This document shows, piece after piece, positions 33,238-47,409 of a stretch of DNA of 64,000 nt. Under the pieces are notes generated by a model, which was not told the DNA's origin, did not search any database, and worked only from the letters and a program-made list of their open reading frames with translations. The stretch lies in NCBI RefSeq assembly GCF_009914755.1, contig NC_060926.1; one strand, given 5' to 3'. Source of the stretch: the human T2T-CHM13v2.0 reference genome, Homo sapiens. The stretch's first letter is position 1. Each line of letters begins with the position of its first letter. The position numbers were made by a program, and so were the translations under genes.

Positions 33238-34254
33238 TTACATTTTGGCATGATTTTGCAGCGGCTGGTACCGGTTGTTCCTTTCCATGTTTAGCGCTTC
33301 CTTCAGGAGCTCTTTTAGGGCAGGCCTGGTGGTGACAAAATCTCTCAGCATTTGCTTGTCTATAAAGTATTTTATTTCTCCTTCACTTATGAAGCTTAGT
33401 TTGGCTGGATATGAAATTCTGGGTTGAAAATTCTTTTCTTTAAGAATGTTGAATATTGGCCCCCACTCTCTTCTGGCTTGTAGGGTTTCTGCCGAGAGAT
33501 CCGCTGTTAGTCTGATGGGCTTTCCTTTGAGGGTAACCCGACCTTTCTCTCTGGCTGCCCTTAACATTTTTTCCTTCATTTCAACTTTGGTGAATCTGAC
33601 AATTATGTGTCTTGGAGTTGCTCTTCTCGAGGAGTATCTTTGTGGCGTTCTCTGTATTTCCTGAATCTGAACGTTGGCCTGCCTTGCTAGATTGGGGAAG
33701 TTCTCCTGGATAATATCCTGCAGAGTGTTTTCCAACTTGGTTCCATTCTCCACATCACTTTCAGGTACACCAATCAGACGTAGATTTGGTCTTTTCACAT
33801 AGTCCCATATTTCTTGGAGGCTTTGCTCATTTCTTTTTATTCTTTTTTCTCTAAACTTCCCTTCTCACTTCATTTCATTCATTTCATCTTCCATTGCTGA
33901 TACCCTTTCTTCCAGTTGATCGCATCGGCTCCTGAGGCTTCTGCATTCTTCACATAGTTCTTGAGCCTTGGTTTTCAGCTCCATCAGCTCCTTTAAGCAC
34001 TTCTCTGTATTGGTTATTCTAGTTATACATTCTTCTAAATTTTTTTCAAAGTTTTCAACTTCTTTGCCTTTGGTTTGAATGTCCTCCCGTAGCTCAGAGT
34101 AATTTGATCGTCTGAAGCCTTCTTCTCTCAGCTCGTCAAAATCATTCTCCATCCAGCTTTGTTCTGTTGCTGGTGAGGAGCTGAGTTCCTTTGGAGGAGG
34201 AGAGGCGCTCTGCGTTTTAGAGTTTCCAGTTTTTCTGTTCTGTTTTTTCCCCAT
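33238..34254 (-). pseudogene. LINE-1 ORF1 (338 codons) with a single premature stop, R130X
   Basis: ORFs 33865-34254 and 33238-33798 are in one frame. TGA at 33865-33867 replaces consensus CGA. REKG, ARR and YPAKLS motifs are intact downstream. Confidence 0.95.
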
Positions 34255-35158
34255 CTTTGTGGTTTTATCTACTTTTGGTCTTTGATGATGGTGATGTACA
34301 GATGGGTTTTCAGTGTAGATGTCCTTTCTGGTTGTTAGTTTTCCTTCTAACAGACAGACCCTCAGCTGCAGGTCTGTTGGAATACCCTGCTGTGTGAGGT
34401 GTCAGTGTGCCCCTGCTGGGGGGTGCCTCCCAGTTAGGCTGCTCGGGGGTCAGGGGTCAGGGACCCACTTGAGGAGGCAGTCTGCCCGTTCTCAGATCTC
34501 CAGCTGCGTGCTGGGAGACCCACTGCTCTCTTCAAAGCTGTCAGACAGGGACACTTAAGCCTGCAGAGGTTACTGCTGTCTTTTTGTTTGTCTGTGCCCT
34601 GCCCCCAGAGGTGGAGCCTACAGAGGCAGGCAGGCCTCCTTGAGCTGTGGTGGGCTCCACCCAGTTCGAGCTTCCCGGCTGCTTTGTTTACCTAAGCAAG
34701 CCTGGGCAATGGCGGGCGCCCCTCCCCCAGCCTCGTTGCCGCCTTGCAGTTTGATCTCAGACTGCTGTGCTAGCAATCAGCGCGATTCCGTGGGCGTAGG
34801 ACCCTCTGAGCCAGGTGTGGGATATAGTCTCGTGGTGCGCCGTTTCTTAAGCAGGTCTGAAAAGCGCAATATTCGGGTGGGAGTGACCCGATTATCCAGG
34901 TGCGTCCGTCACCCCTTTCTTTGACTCGGAAAGGGAACTCCCTGACCCCTTGCGCTTCCCAGGTGAGGCAATGCCTCGCCCTGCTTTGGCTCGCGCACGG
35001 TGCGCGCACACACTGGCCTGCGCCCACTGTCTGGCACTCCCTAGTGAGATGAACCCGGTACCTCAGATGGAAATGCAGAAATCACCCGTCTTCTGCGTCG
35101 CTCACGCTGGGAGCTGTAGACCGGAGCTGTTCCTATTCGGCCATCTTGGCTCCTCCTC
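34255..35158. promoter_or_regulatory. L1HS 5'UTR bidirectional promoter and CpG island (sense promoter on -, antisense promoter on +)
   Basis: CpG-dense 34660-35140; YY1 site ggccatcttg at 35139-35148; + strand splice donors at 34814/15, 34899/900 and 34962/63. Confidence 0.9.
34709..34924 (+). CDS. LINE-1 ORF0 (71 aa, antisense to the L1 5'UTR)
   Basis: MAGAPPPASLPPCSLISDCCASNQRDSVGVGPSEPGVGYSLVVRRFLSRSEKRNIRVGVTRLSRCVRHPFL, from gcaATGg (34709) to the stop at 34922-34924. Confidence 0.9.
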   Translation: MAGAPPPASLPPCSLISDCCASNQRDSVGVGPSEPGVGYSLVVRRFLSRSEKRNIRVGVTRLSRCVRHPFL

Positions 35159-36265
35159 TAATATAGCTTAAATCCTAATGTTTTCACTTTATTATATCAA
35201 GAGTATTGTTTGTCACAAAATATTTCTTTAAAAATAATTTTCATGGCTGTTAGGCGATAGCTTACATTATTTTTCCACACTGTACTATTAACAATATTTT
35301 ATATTTGTCAGCTTAATAGTCATATAAGTACATATTTATTTACATTTGTATTACTTTGGTTATTGGAGAATTGGATATTATTTTATCTATATTTACTGGT
35401 TATTTTATCTTCTTTTATGAAATATCTTGATAATTTTTGCCTGCTTTTCTATTTACTTATGAGTCTATCCATATTAAAAGTATTAACCTTTTTATGTGTG
35501 TACTAATAATATTCCCACTTACTATATGTCTTTTATTTATGGTGTTATTTTACATACAATGCTTTTCTATTTAAATTCTCAAATTTTTTAGATTTATTCT
35601 ATCGCTTTTATGTGCTGTAAATCATTCTTCTTCCAGAAAATCTACATGATTTTCTGTTTTATGTAGTCTTCAATTGTTTACACTTAACTCTTTCACACCC
35701 CTGTAATTTATTCTGAATTACAGTATGGGGTGTAGATCCATTTAACTTGATAGTTTTCATAGTAGATAACAATGATGTCAGCAGCATTTATTGTCATTCC
35801 TGTCTCCTCTGATCTGTGATGTCACCTTCACTACATATTCTATTAGGCTATACTGTATCCCTTTCTTGCTCCTCTGCTGCTTTCCTCACTACCTCAGACC
35901 TATACACACTGATTTCCACTCTCCCTTATTAACAAGCTTCTAGTGCTTATAATGGGAAGGGCTAGTAGGGAGAAGAGAGTAGTGAAGGTATTTCTCCCAT
36001 CTTTCTGCCTCAGGTGATACCTTAGGTAGAGGTTGCACTTTTTCTCTGATTCTTGTCCCTGCTTGGACAGGCCCACCATGATTCTACCTTCCACAAGATG
36101 ACCCAAGCCTCTGGGCTGTAGGAATTCTACATTCACCCTGTGTTCTTCTAGCTAGAGGTAAAGCAGCAGCCTACTGTTGTTCATGTTTGGGTGGCTTCTC
36201 AGTCTCTTCTCACCTGTGGAACTCATTACCTGCATTAAGTTTTCTCTGCTTTCAATATTCAGTTT

Positions 36266-36684
<419 letters not shown>

Positions 36685-36929
36685 CTATATAAAATAATGT
36701 TATTAATCCTTTTAAAAATGTCATTTTCTAATTTTGTTTTAGTAAAACTAATTTTTCCAAGTGAATTTTAAAATTATTTTGTCATTTTTAACACTTTATG
36801 CCATTAATATGCTTATGGACAAACATTGAGTAAACATAAGTATATATATTTATTGAAGAGTTAATTACACTAGTAAAAAATGGAAAACAATATTAAATAA
36901 ATGACAATATATTTATATAATGGGACACC

Positions 36930-37740
36930 CTAAGTCTTTAAAAATATGGAACACACACTGCTATGAGAGTATGAATTGCTACACTACAATTAATTGGAAA
37001 ACTCTTTGGCAGTATCTACTAAAACTAAATATATAGATGCCCTATCACCCAGCAATTTTACTTCTAGGTATATGCCCGACAGAAACATGTGCATATGTTC
37101 ACAAAAAGGCATGTACAAGAATGTTCCCAGCAGCTCTATTTATATTTTCAGTCTGGATACAACCCAAATATCCACTAAAAGAGAAATCTATAAGTTATAT
37201 TATATTCATGTAATGTAACATCACAATGGAGAGAAAAAACAAACTATAAAATGACTCTCATAAATGTAATGTTGACTATAAGAAACCAGACACAAAAATA
37301 ACACTGCATTATTATTCCATCTGTATAAAGTTCAAAAATGGGCAATGCTAAAAAAAAAAGTCACAATGATGGTAACCTTTTGGAGACTATAATTAGAAAG
37401 GAGCATGAGGAAAGGATGATTTCCAAACTTCTTTGTATGTATGATAGGTTTTCCTTGTAGAAGTTTAAAAATGTATAAGGTAGATCCATATGTATTGATG
37501 CAGAAAGATATCCAAGTTATGCTGCTAAGTTAAATAAAATAGTTGCTGAAGAGTATGTAAAGAAAGAGGCCATATGTGTAAAAAAAGCATATATGTGCGT
37601 GGGGGTATAAATATATATTCATGTGTGAATATACACACATATATACATACACACATACAAGAAAGGGAGAGTAAGAGAAAGAGAGACTTCATTTGATTCT
37701 TTCTCCACAAAGATGAGCTACTTTTATACTTTTTAAAAAG
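36930..37740 (+). mobile_element. L1ME 3' end fragments
   Basis: ORF 36994-37218 resembles a degenerate L1 C-terminus; agaaaccagacacaaaaataacactgcattattattccatc. Confidence 0.65.
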
Positions 37741-38149
37741 AAAATGTTAGTAAAACCTCAGTGGAATATTTGGTTAATTTGCATTAAAACAATAAACTGA
37801 TTTAGGAAAATATTTCTACCTTATCATACTGTTTTTCTGGCCTGAAATATGCTATGTCTCACCATTTGTTCAATTCTTCTTTTATATCATTCACTTAAGA
37901 TTTTTAACTTTCTTCCAATAAGCCCTATATGGCTCTTGAGAGATTATTCCAGTGTATTATTTCTTTATTATTCCTCTTGTGAATTATGTTGTTTTATATC
38001 TAATTTCCTCAAAAGAGAAATTTAACATTTTCTCTACTTATCTATTTTCCATTCGTTTCTAACCTGCTCAACCCTGATGAAGCTGTTCTAGCAGAGATTA
38101 TCGGTTGCCAAGTATAACAGATGGCTTCCTTTTTTCAGCATGACAGCTT

Positions 38150-38651
38150 TAGACAGTTATTAATTCATTAATTCAACAAATATTTGTTGATCACTTGATA
38201 TATGCTAGTCACAGTGCCATACACTGTAGGTGTAAAGGTGAAAACAAGCTCTACACTCATACTGCTTATATCTTAATGGAGCAAACAATAAACGGGAGCT
38301 TACAACACATTATACTATGTGCTGAAACAGAAAAACACCAGATTCTGTGAATATACATCAGAGAGGCATCCAATCCAGGCTTGAGTTAATAGGAAACACT
38401 TCCGAGCACAGATGCTGTGTAATTGAAACCTGGGTCTTATGAGGTAAAGATAAGAATGAAGAACATTCTAGACATGGATAAAATTATCTCAAAATCTGAT
38501 GAAGGTCAGAATCAAGAGCAATAACAGCATTTTTTAGCATATTTAAAGAAATGTCAGTAATTCAATATAGCTAAATTATAGAACTTGAGAAAGGTAATTG
38601 TAGAAAATTAGGTGAAAATATTAAGTAGAGAGCAGATGACAGGGTCTCATG

Positions 38652-38695
<44 letters not shown>

Positions 38696-41600
38696 AGACA
38701 GAGTCTCACTCTGTCTCCCAGGCTGGATGTGCAGTGGTGCAATCTCAGTTCACTGCTCACTGCAACCTCCGCCTCCTGGGTTCAAACTATTCTCCTGCCT
38801 CAGCCTCCTGAGTAGTTGGGGTTACAGGTACATGCCACCATGCCTAGCTAAGTTTTGTATTTTTAGCAGAGACAGGGTTTCACCATGTTGGCCAGGCTGG
38901 CCTCGAACTCCTGACCTTAGGTGATCCACCCTCCTAGGTCTCTCAAAGTGCTGGAATTACGGTGTGAGCCACTGCGCCCGGCCCTTAGTAGCATCTTTTA
39001 ATGGAGGTAGAGTTGAGATTTCAGTGACTAACAACTAAAGGTATTAAAGGTAGGGGTTTATATGATACATTTGCATTTTAGAAAACTGATCTAAGCTTCA
39101 ATGTGAAGAACAGATTGAAATGGAAGGGGGAGAAGACTAGAAGCAGAAACATTACTCATTTAAGTAATCTGGACCATGAAACTGAAAAAAAGTATAGGGA
39201 CTCCAAAAGTCATAAAGAAGTGAAAGCAAGATTTGGCAATTAACTGCTAGGACAGGGAAGAGTTGAGGGGAGTCAAAGAGGAAAGCAAGGTTTCTGAGCT
39301 GGCAAACAGTGAATTGTAGCTCTGTTCACTGAATGAGGCAAACAAGAGAGAGCAATTTTGAAAGGATAGAGAGTGATGTGATGGTGAGTTTAGTTTGAGA
39401 CATGTGGAGTTTGAGATGCTTGTGCGACACAGTGGGAGGCCATAGTATGTACGGGACTTGTCTCCAGGAGACATGTCTGGGAAGAAGAGCTAGACTGGAG
39501 AAACATGAGCATGTTCAGGTGAAAACATGTGAGTGGATAAGAGCAAGAGGGTGAGAACACAGACCAAGGGGCTAAGGGACAGACTGTGTTCAGTATTTGG
39601 GTATGGAACTTGTTTTTGCTACTTGCTAGTTCTAAGACCAGGCTCAGACTCTAACTTCTCTGTAATGTGGGAATAATGACAGCACTTACCTTATAAGATT
39701 TTACAAAGATTAAAATATCATATATAACAGCACTTAACACAAGTAAGAATTCAGTAAATGTTGACTGTTATTACTATTGTCTGGGTCGTTATAAGTTTGA
39801 AGACACAATTGCATAAACTGTCATCATTAAAAGGAAAACAGAGAAAAGTAGTTCTGGAAGGAGTCTGAGAGGCATTGCCAGAAGGTTAGGGGGAAAATCA
39901 GGATAAAGTAATGTTCCATAGGCCAAATGTGGGGGCTGGGGGAGGTGTAGGATTTCAAGAAGACAAAGTAGACAACAGTTTACAATGCAGTAATAGAGGC
40001 AAGTAAAATAAGGATTTATTGCATCAAACTATCTTAATGAGCATATACTCATTGGTGTTCTAGAAACAAAAGCCAAAGTACTTTAGGCTGAGAAATAAAT
40101 AGAAGGTGAGAAAAAAGAACAGTCTTTATAGTCAGTAAGAGTGAAAAGAGAAAGATGGTAGTTGGGGAAAGACAGATGGGGAGAAAGGTTGGCTGGTTGT
40201 TAATAAAACAGTAGAGGATGAGCATGTATTATAAATGCTGGTGGGAAGAAACCTTGTGGCAAGGAGGGTGGTAGTGTTGGAGAAGAAAGAGAGGATATAG
40301 TAGAAAGTTAAAGAGGAACTGGAAGCAGGTGGGATCCAGGACATAGGAAGGGGAAGAGCCTTGGGCAGAGGTGAGACATCTGCAGGAGGGAAGGAACTGA
40401 GAGAAGGGAAGGTGTGCAAATGTGGCAGGAGGAGTTTGAGTAAAGTTCCATCTGATATCCTCTATTTTCTCTGTAAATCATTCTGAATGAAGTATGAGAC
40501 AAAGAGATCAAAGGCTTGAGAAAAAAGAAAATTTGAAAAAAAAAAAGTACTGTGGACATTGAAAGAAGAAAACAATAGGAGATATTTAGAAAATTTTCCA
40601 GGCAGCTGTCAGGACCTGGTTATTGTTGAAACTGGTCAGACTATCAGTCTATGGGTTAATTTTCTCCAGCATTATTTAGTAGCTCCAGAAGGAGAATGGA
40701 TAAAGTAGGCATTGAAATAGGCTTAAACTTTGGTTCTGCTGGTGGATTCAAGAAAAGGGAAAAATTGGAAGAGTTGAGAGAATGGGCAAGAAGGAGGTCC
40801 AAACGCTGGAGCATGAACAGAGAAAAAAGACAGAAGAAAGAGGGGGTGTGGATAAAAACAAAGGGAGCAAAAAATTGTAGATCCTGATGAGGTTGAGGAA
40901 TAGTGGTTGTAAAAACTAGAAGGATAAGAGTTTGTGATCCAAAAGCAGGTTGTAAATATTTCAGAAAAGGAGCACTTTCTGAAGAAAACATGGTCTGGGT
41001 TGGAGGTATGGAAGTGGCTATCTAAAATGGAATGAATTTGAAGATCATTGGCTTAGAAAAAGCCAAGCCAACAAGAAACTAAGCTGTTCACTAGAAAGTG
41101 CAATGACCACTGAAGTTATCCTAGTTAATGACAGGAATAGGGATAAAAAAGAAAGACACATTCGGTGCCGAAATATATAATAAATGAGATGTAGTGACTA
41201 GAAAGTTTATGACAGCAAGAAAGCCGTAAAGGATGAAACTGCAAACGTGTTATGAATCTCAAAGGAGAAGAGAAGATGTGGAGTTATGTGTCCAGATGCG
41301 GAATTGAGGCAAGAGAATCTTGACCCTCCCAGCTTGGTGGAAAAATAGGTGGCACCTACTTAAGACAGCTGCTATAAAAGCCCATTGTCATCACAGACTA
41401 GGGTGTGACATCAATAGTTTATGAAGCGACTAAGGATATAGAAGAGGGACATCAGATAAAATAGGCATCACAGAAGGTGGCTTAAAAAGGTTTTGGATGT
41501 AATGGGGAAGGCATATGATGGGGCAGAGGAGAAAAAGCCTTTCAATGCAAGGATGAGAATATGGACACAATACACAGTGGGGAGTGTTTAAATTGGAAAT
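38150..41600 (-). mobile_element. Long, fragmented L2 interrupted by an Alu and a MIR (about 39570-39780)
   Basis: attcattaattcaacaaatatttgttga 3' end; gtgagtttagtttgagacatgtggagtttgagatgc L2 core; purine-rich degenerate L2 body. Confidence 0.6.
38654..38983 (-). mobile_element. AluS with a pure poly(A) tail of about 40 nt
   Basis: Antisense Alu preceded by a long T run. Confidence 0.95.
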
Positions 41601-42908
41601 GGTGACCATGAAGGACAGGAATGTGAGGCATGGGGGGATCCACTGATTCTAATTACAAACATTTATGTCTAAATCATTATAATAAACTCCTGACTGACCA
41701 CTCTGCTTTCAGCTTTGATCTTTTAATTTATCATGATGTATCTGGATTATATTATATAAAATAGAATTCTAATCCTATCATTCATCCCCCTGATTAAAAC
41801 CTCCACTGTTTTCATCAAATCCACAGTGTTAATTGCAAACTCCTAAAATTAGCATTATGTAAAAAGTCTCTCCAATTATCTGGCTCCTGTCCACCTTCTC
41901 ACTCTGTCCCTCCTGCCACAGTGAACGACATGATTCTTCCCCAAACTCCATATACTCTAATTGGAGATAAGGGGAAAAGAATATTCCATGTGGAATAAAC
42001 AATTTGAAGACAGGTGTAAAGATGGGAACATTCCAAAATGTCAAGAGATGTAATTTAACTGGACTACAAAGCATAATTAGAAGATAAGACATGAAAAAAA
42101 GGATTTCTGGAAGCCAGGACTCTTAAATGAAGTACTGCTTCTTTGAAATGTGTTAGAATGTGGAGCTGTTAATTTTTCTCAAGGAGTTTTAATTTTATTT
42201 TTTATTAGGATACACTTGTCTGATGTTGCTTTTAGTAATTACTGTACACATAATCTTTTCCTCATATTTCCAAGTTTTCTATAGTCAAATTTTTTGATGT
42301 TGAGAGGAATATTGGTTAAGAAGTACTCTTCACAGCATGTAACTCATAACAGGCACCTTGCAAAAATGTGTGTGAGTTTGTGTATTTTTCAAAGATAATG
42401 AGGAGAAAGATTTAAAATCTGTTCAAATGTTTTCTGGCAAAATGTACGTAAATCGTGCCAAAAGGAATTGGATGTTGCATGCCTTCGATCTGTTTTTGAA
42501 TTATTTGTAGATACAGGCAACATCTGTTCCACTGGACAGAGATATACTACAAGTGCTAATAACTTTGGAAAGACCTGACTTTAAAAGTTTGTGCTTGGGA
42601 GTTAAATATTTTTAAACATATACATTTTGAAGTTCTCTTCTACATAAACTTAAAAATTTTAAATTGCAAAATAATAAAGAAAATATTTCACAAAGTAAAC
42701 CAAAGTCTGAAACTTAAGGAATTTTTTTGAATCTATTTAATTATGTGTTAAGTGTGCCTACTGGCAAAATATATTATTGCAGCTCCACTCTGTTAAACAT
42801 AGATGGGGAGGGGAGAAGAAGAACTAAGAGACCTATCTGTAACTATGTAAAAAGAAATTCATTTGGGGCAAAAGCTGTGTAGTCTTGTGAGGAGATGAAT
42901 ATAAGTAA

Positions 42909-42998
42909 AACTAAAATCCAAAAGTAAGAAAAATAATGAAAAATTATCAGGGGAACTAAAATCCAAAAGTAAGAAAAATAATAAAAAATTATCCCGGG
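42909..42998 (+). repeat. 45-bp tandem duplication
   Basis: aactaaaatccaaaagtaagaaaaataat(g/a)aaaaattatc... twice, 42/45 identical. Confidence 0.9.
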
Positions 42999-44311
42999 AC
43001 TGCGAGTAAAAAGGCAATGATTCAGTAAAGATTCTGGCCAGCACAAATCAACACTCCACCTGGCTTGAGATTTGCAGACACCATAACTGTGCAGCCGCAG
43101 TAATCAGATTAATCAATTGGAGCAATATTGTTCCAGAAAATTGTAGCTCTGATTTAAACTACCTGAAAATACAATTTTTTATTTAAAAAAGTAAAATTTA
43201 TCTGTTTCCCAGTGTCTCACAGTTAAATTACATAACGTGGTAAACATTTCTTTTATGGCCAGAAGGAATATCTTTGACAATGTGCTGATTGTCATTAGGC
43301 AGTATTTTTCAAATTTTAGAAAGCCATCTATTATTGGTTCACAAAATACACTGGAGTAGAACATGATATTTTTGAAATGAAAAATAACAGAATAGAAACT
43401 AAGAAATTAAATCACAGATAGTAGTGGTAAGGATTGTTTTGCTAAAATTTTGTTTCAATGTATATGTATGAGAAAGATATAAAATTTGTTTGTTTTTGTA
43501 GATCACAGTTGAAAAGGTTTGAAAACCCCTGTCAAAGGGACCACCACCATGGAAAATGTCATACTCTCTCCTCTTTGGAGGTTGACCTAGTCACAATTCA
43601 GTGTAAAAGAGCAGATCTAAATCAGAGAAGATCTTGGGCCAGATAAAATCGTTGGTATTACAAAGTCCTCTGAGGACCAGCAGTACAGAGAAGCTAAGTC
43701 AGCCAAGAAACAATCTAAGGGAGGTGACAGATGGTGAGGTGGAGGCTGCAACAGTCACTTTTCTCCTGACCTTACAACTGGGAGATACTAAACTAGCTTT
43801 TGGAGAAAGATGAGGACTTTAGAGTAAAATAGGAAATTATAGCAAGGCAATACTTGGCTGGTTTTATAAGTAACAAGGAAGGTGTACCTTATTAAATATT
43901 ATAATAAACTATGGAATTAATTCCAGGGTTCTGTAGATATTGGTCACCAGATGCTAACCATCTCACTTGATTTCAGAATTAATATGCCTAAGGCAGAGAA
44001 CAAAAACCAGCAGATCTAGTGATTTGAAAAGCCATTGTTGTGTAATTGAATGACAAATATAGTAGTACCTAGCTTATCTAGCCTGATCAAAAAATGAGAA
44101 GCAGAGGTATTCATAAGGTTGCCTGATCTGGGGAGGAGAACTGAGTGGCTATAAGACATGTTAGGACAAAGGTTTAAATTTCATTGCACACACTTTTTGC
44201 AATATTTGAATTTTAAAATACACATTTTACCAGTTGAAAAAATAATAATGTGCACTTAGGAAAATATGTCTCTTACATTAGTAAAAACTTCTTAGATAAG
44301 CTGAGTTAGCT

Positions 44312-44840
44312 CTGTATGTGGACAACTTGTTGATTGTTTAGCCAATAGCTATTCTCCTGGATCCTTTTTGTTAAAAATCTCTGATTTTCTCTTGGTGATA
44401 CCACGTCCAAGACCCATGAGATGAATCAAAATTAGCCTATACCAAGCCGGTGAAGGGCCTGGGGTGGGTCAATGAGAAGTAAAGTAAGCTGAGGCTTCTA
44501 GAAATGAGTTTTCTCCCTGACAATTAAAAAAGACAGCATGTAGAGGGTTCTGAGGAAAGCTTTCTCTGTGCCCTACCTAGCTACCCCTCTTCCTCCTTTG
44601 AACTTCAGGTGAGATTATAAGAAGCCGAGCAGTAATCTAGTGTTCACAAGAGTGAGGCTAAGGGCATTAGAAAAACACTGATCCAGAACCCTGATATTGT
44701 AGCTCAGCTAGATCAACTCTATAACTGGCTCCATCCATAAATTGTGCAAGTAAACATTAAGTTCTCTTGTGGTTTAAACCTCTGTTAGTTGGGTTTTCAT
44801 TAATTTCAGCTAACCTGTTAATGCACTGTTAACTGATACA
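44312..44840 (+). mobile_element. Old MLT1 LTR
   Basis: tgtatgtggacaac...ttgtggtttaaacctctgttagttgggttttc...taactgataca. Confidence 0.65.
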
Positions 44841-45644
44841 CACTGAAATATCTATTTTTAAATGTAATAATTTTGAATATTTTTATAAAACCAGTACTTC
44901 TCTGCTGAATTAAATAGAATCCATTGATTTTCATTTAACTTTTACTTAATGATTTGGTATTGTCATTATGAGCATAAATTATTATAATGTAATGAATAAA
45001 AATAATATAATACAAATATATGCCCTCTAGGTTATAAACACTTGAGGACAGGCCCAGTATGTTATTCATCAATGTATCCCTACTACTGCAAGCATCATAA
45101 TAATGGCTTGCATACAGTGGTGGTCACTTATGAATTATAATTAAGTATTGCATTAAAATGCTGAACGTGTATATCTAGCTCATCTCCACCTGAAAGTCAC
45201 TGGGAATATATACATGTATGTATACACACATATACACCTGTGTGTCCATATGTAATATATGTCCTTAAGTGTATATATACATTATATATATACTTTTACT
45301 ACGTGCATATTTAAGAAAAATTTCCTAACAGTGCTGCTGTGCTAGAAAATAATGGAGTGTTATCAGTAGGCTGGAAATTTTGATGAGTTCCTAAGAAAAA
45401 ACAGACAGAATCAGGTTGACAAAAAAAAATCACAACCTACAAGTACAGAAGAGATTGCTACAGAGAAGGGTGGTGCTCCACACTCAGAGGCATGAATAAA
45501 AGGCCTAAGAGAGCACACAAGGCAATGATTAAGATGCAAATACGCCTTTCAGGTTGGCTCCTTCCTATCTTTCCATCTTGTGCTAAGCAGTGAGAAGAAA
45601 AATATTTATCCACAGCTAAAGCAATAAATGTGGGTGTACATGTG

Positions 45645-45648
<4 letters not shown>

Positions 45649-45676
<28 letters not shown>
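45649..45676 (+). repeat. (CA)14 microsatellite
   Basis: Direct reading. Confidence 0.95.
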
Positions 45677-45678
<2 letters not shown>

Positions 45679-45699
45679 TTCTAAATGCAGGCAATGATA

Positions 45700-47300
45700 A
45701 TCAAGATTAGCTTTCATCGACAGGTCATCTCAAATATGTAGATGAGGATACTATCAAAAATCATAAAATATTTGAAGGAAAACTATTATGAAAGGAAAAA
45801 ACAAATAATTTCAAAGAAATGTAAATATTTTCAGGAAGATATGAAAGTCTGTCTTATCCATGAAAAAAATAACAGGATAAATTATAAATCTTGAAAATAA
45901 AAAATATGTGGTCATTAATACTAAAAAAGAGATGGGCTAAATAGCAAAAATTATTACACCTGAAATATACATTAGAGTACTGGAATATTAAGGCAATGGG
46001 TTTTTCTATTATAATAGAGCACAAAGAAAAAAAAAAGAGTGAGGAAAAAGATGAAAGAGCCAGAATGTCCAGCATTCATTCAGTGTGTGTTTCTAAAAGG
46101 ACACGTATGAAGGAAGTCAAAAATAAAGGGAAGAGTGAAGGGGGTGCTCAAAATTTAATAAACATAAGAGAACCCATTAAATTAAAATTTAAGATAATGA
46201 TAAGTAATTTTTAGAGATTTTATAAATTCTAGAATTTTTTAGAGATAATAAATCATTATAAGATAATTTTATAACATTGATACCTAAACTAGGCAATGAT
46301 GACACAAAAAATAAAACCATAGGCCAAGTGTTCTTTTAAGTATAACTGTAAAACTTCTAAATAAAAATGCAATAGATCAAATGTAGCAATGTATTAAAGA
46401 TTGGCCTGACACTGGTAATGCAAGGAAAGTTCACTGGTATAAAAACATTTTTAATAAAATTAATTTTTAAAAAGATTTAAGAGACAAATTCAGTTATTGA
46501 AAAGTGACACTATTTGTGATTTTTTTGTTTGATATATGTGAAATACAAGGAGAATTTTTCCTAATATGATTGAACTATATTCAAACACGGGCAATGGTCA
46601 ATTAGAACATGTAATGGAAAAAATATCCTATTCATAATTTATAACAGAAATGACAAAAAATTAAACAAAATATGTAAGAATAAACTAATAAAAATATATA
46701 ATAGCTACCATATAAAGTTTACTGTTAAACATCAAAATTATATAATTAAGTAGAGAAACATACCCTATACTAAAGTGGAAAGAAAATATAGCAGCCATTC
46801 TTCACAAAATAAATTACAAAATAAATGTAATCCCATTCAAAGCCTAATGAGATTTTTAAAAATAAAACTTAGTCCAGCTCTCAGAAAAGATGCAAAAATG
46901 TCCAAATTCATATTTATCAAAAGATGGGAAAAGATGAGGATTTGTACGTTCAAATTTCAAAATATACTATAAAAATACAGCAATTAAAATTATATGGCAT
47001 TGACAAATTGATATATGTAAATGAAGGAGAACAGCATGTATAATGAAGGGACATTCTAAACCACTGAGAATAAAACTGAACAAATGGGATTGAAAAAAAA
47101 TTGTTAAGATTCCTAACTTGGCCGCCAACATAACATATATTCTAGGTTGATTAAAAATCTAAATACCTAACATAAAACCATAGGAGCACTCAAAATAAAT
47201 ATATTTGTAATCTTGGAGTACAGAAGACCTTTAAAAGATATAAAATGCATATGTCATAAAAGAAACAATTGATAAATCTGACAATATTTAAAACATGTAC
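45700..47300 (+). mobile_element. Highly degenerate L1ME fragments
   Basis: A-rich, with remnants such as cattgatacctaaactaggc and aatgtaatcccattcaaagcctaatg. Confidence 0.55.
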
Positions 47301-47409
47301 CTGAATAGAAAGAATAAAATGTTATTGGAATGCCTACCAATATTCTTAATTCTTACCACTAGGAAATTTAGAGTCTTCAGAAGAAATGGCTCAAAAATAA
47401 AGAAAGTAT

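Noticed and set aside
34319-34558. 79-aa + strand ORF in the L1 5'UTR as ORF0
   Set aside because: The recognised ORF0 begins MAGAPPP at 34709; this upstream frame is a generic antisense L1 5'UTR frame with no supporting evidence
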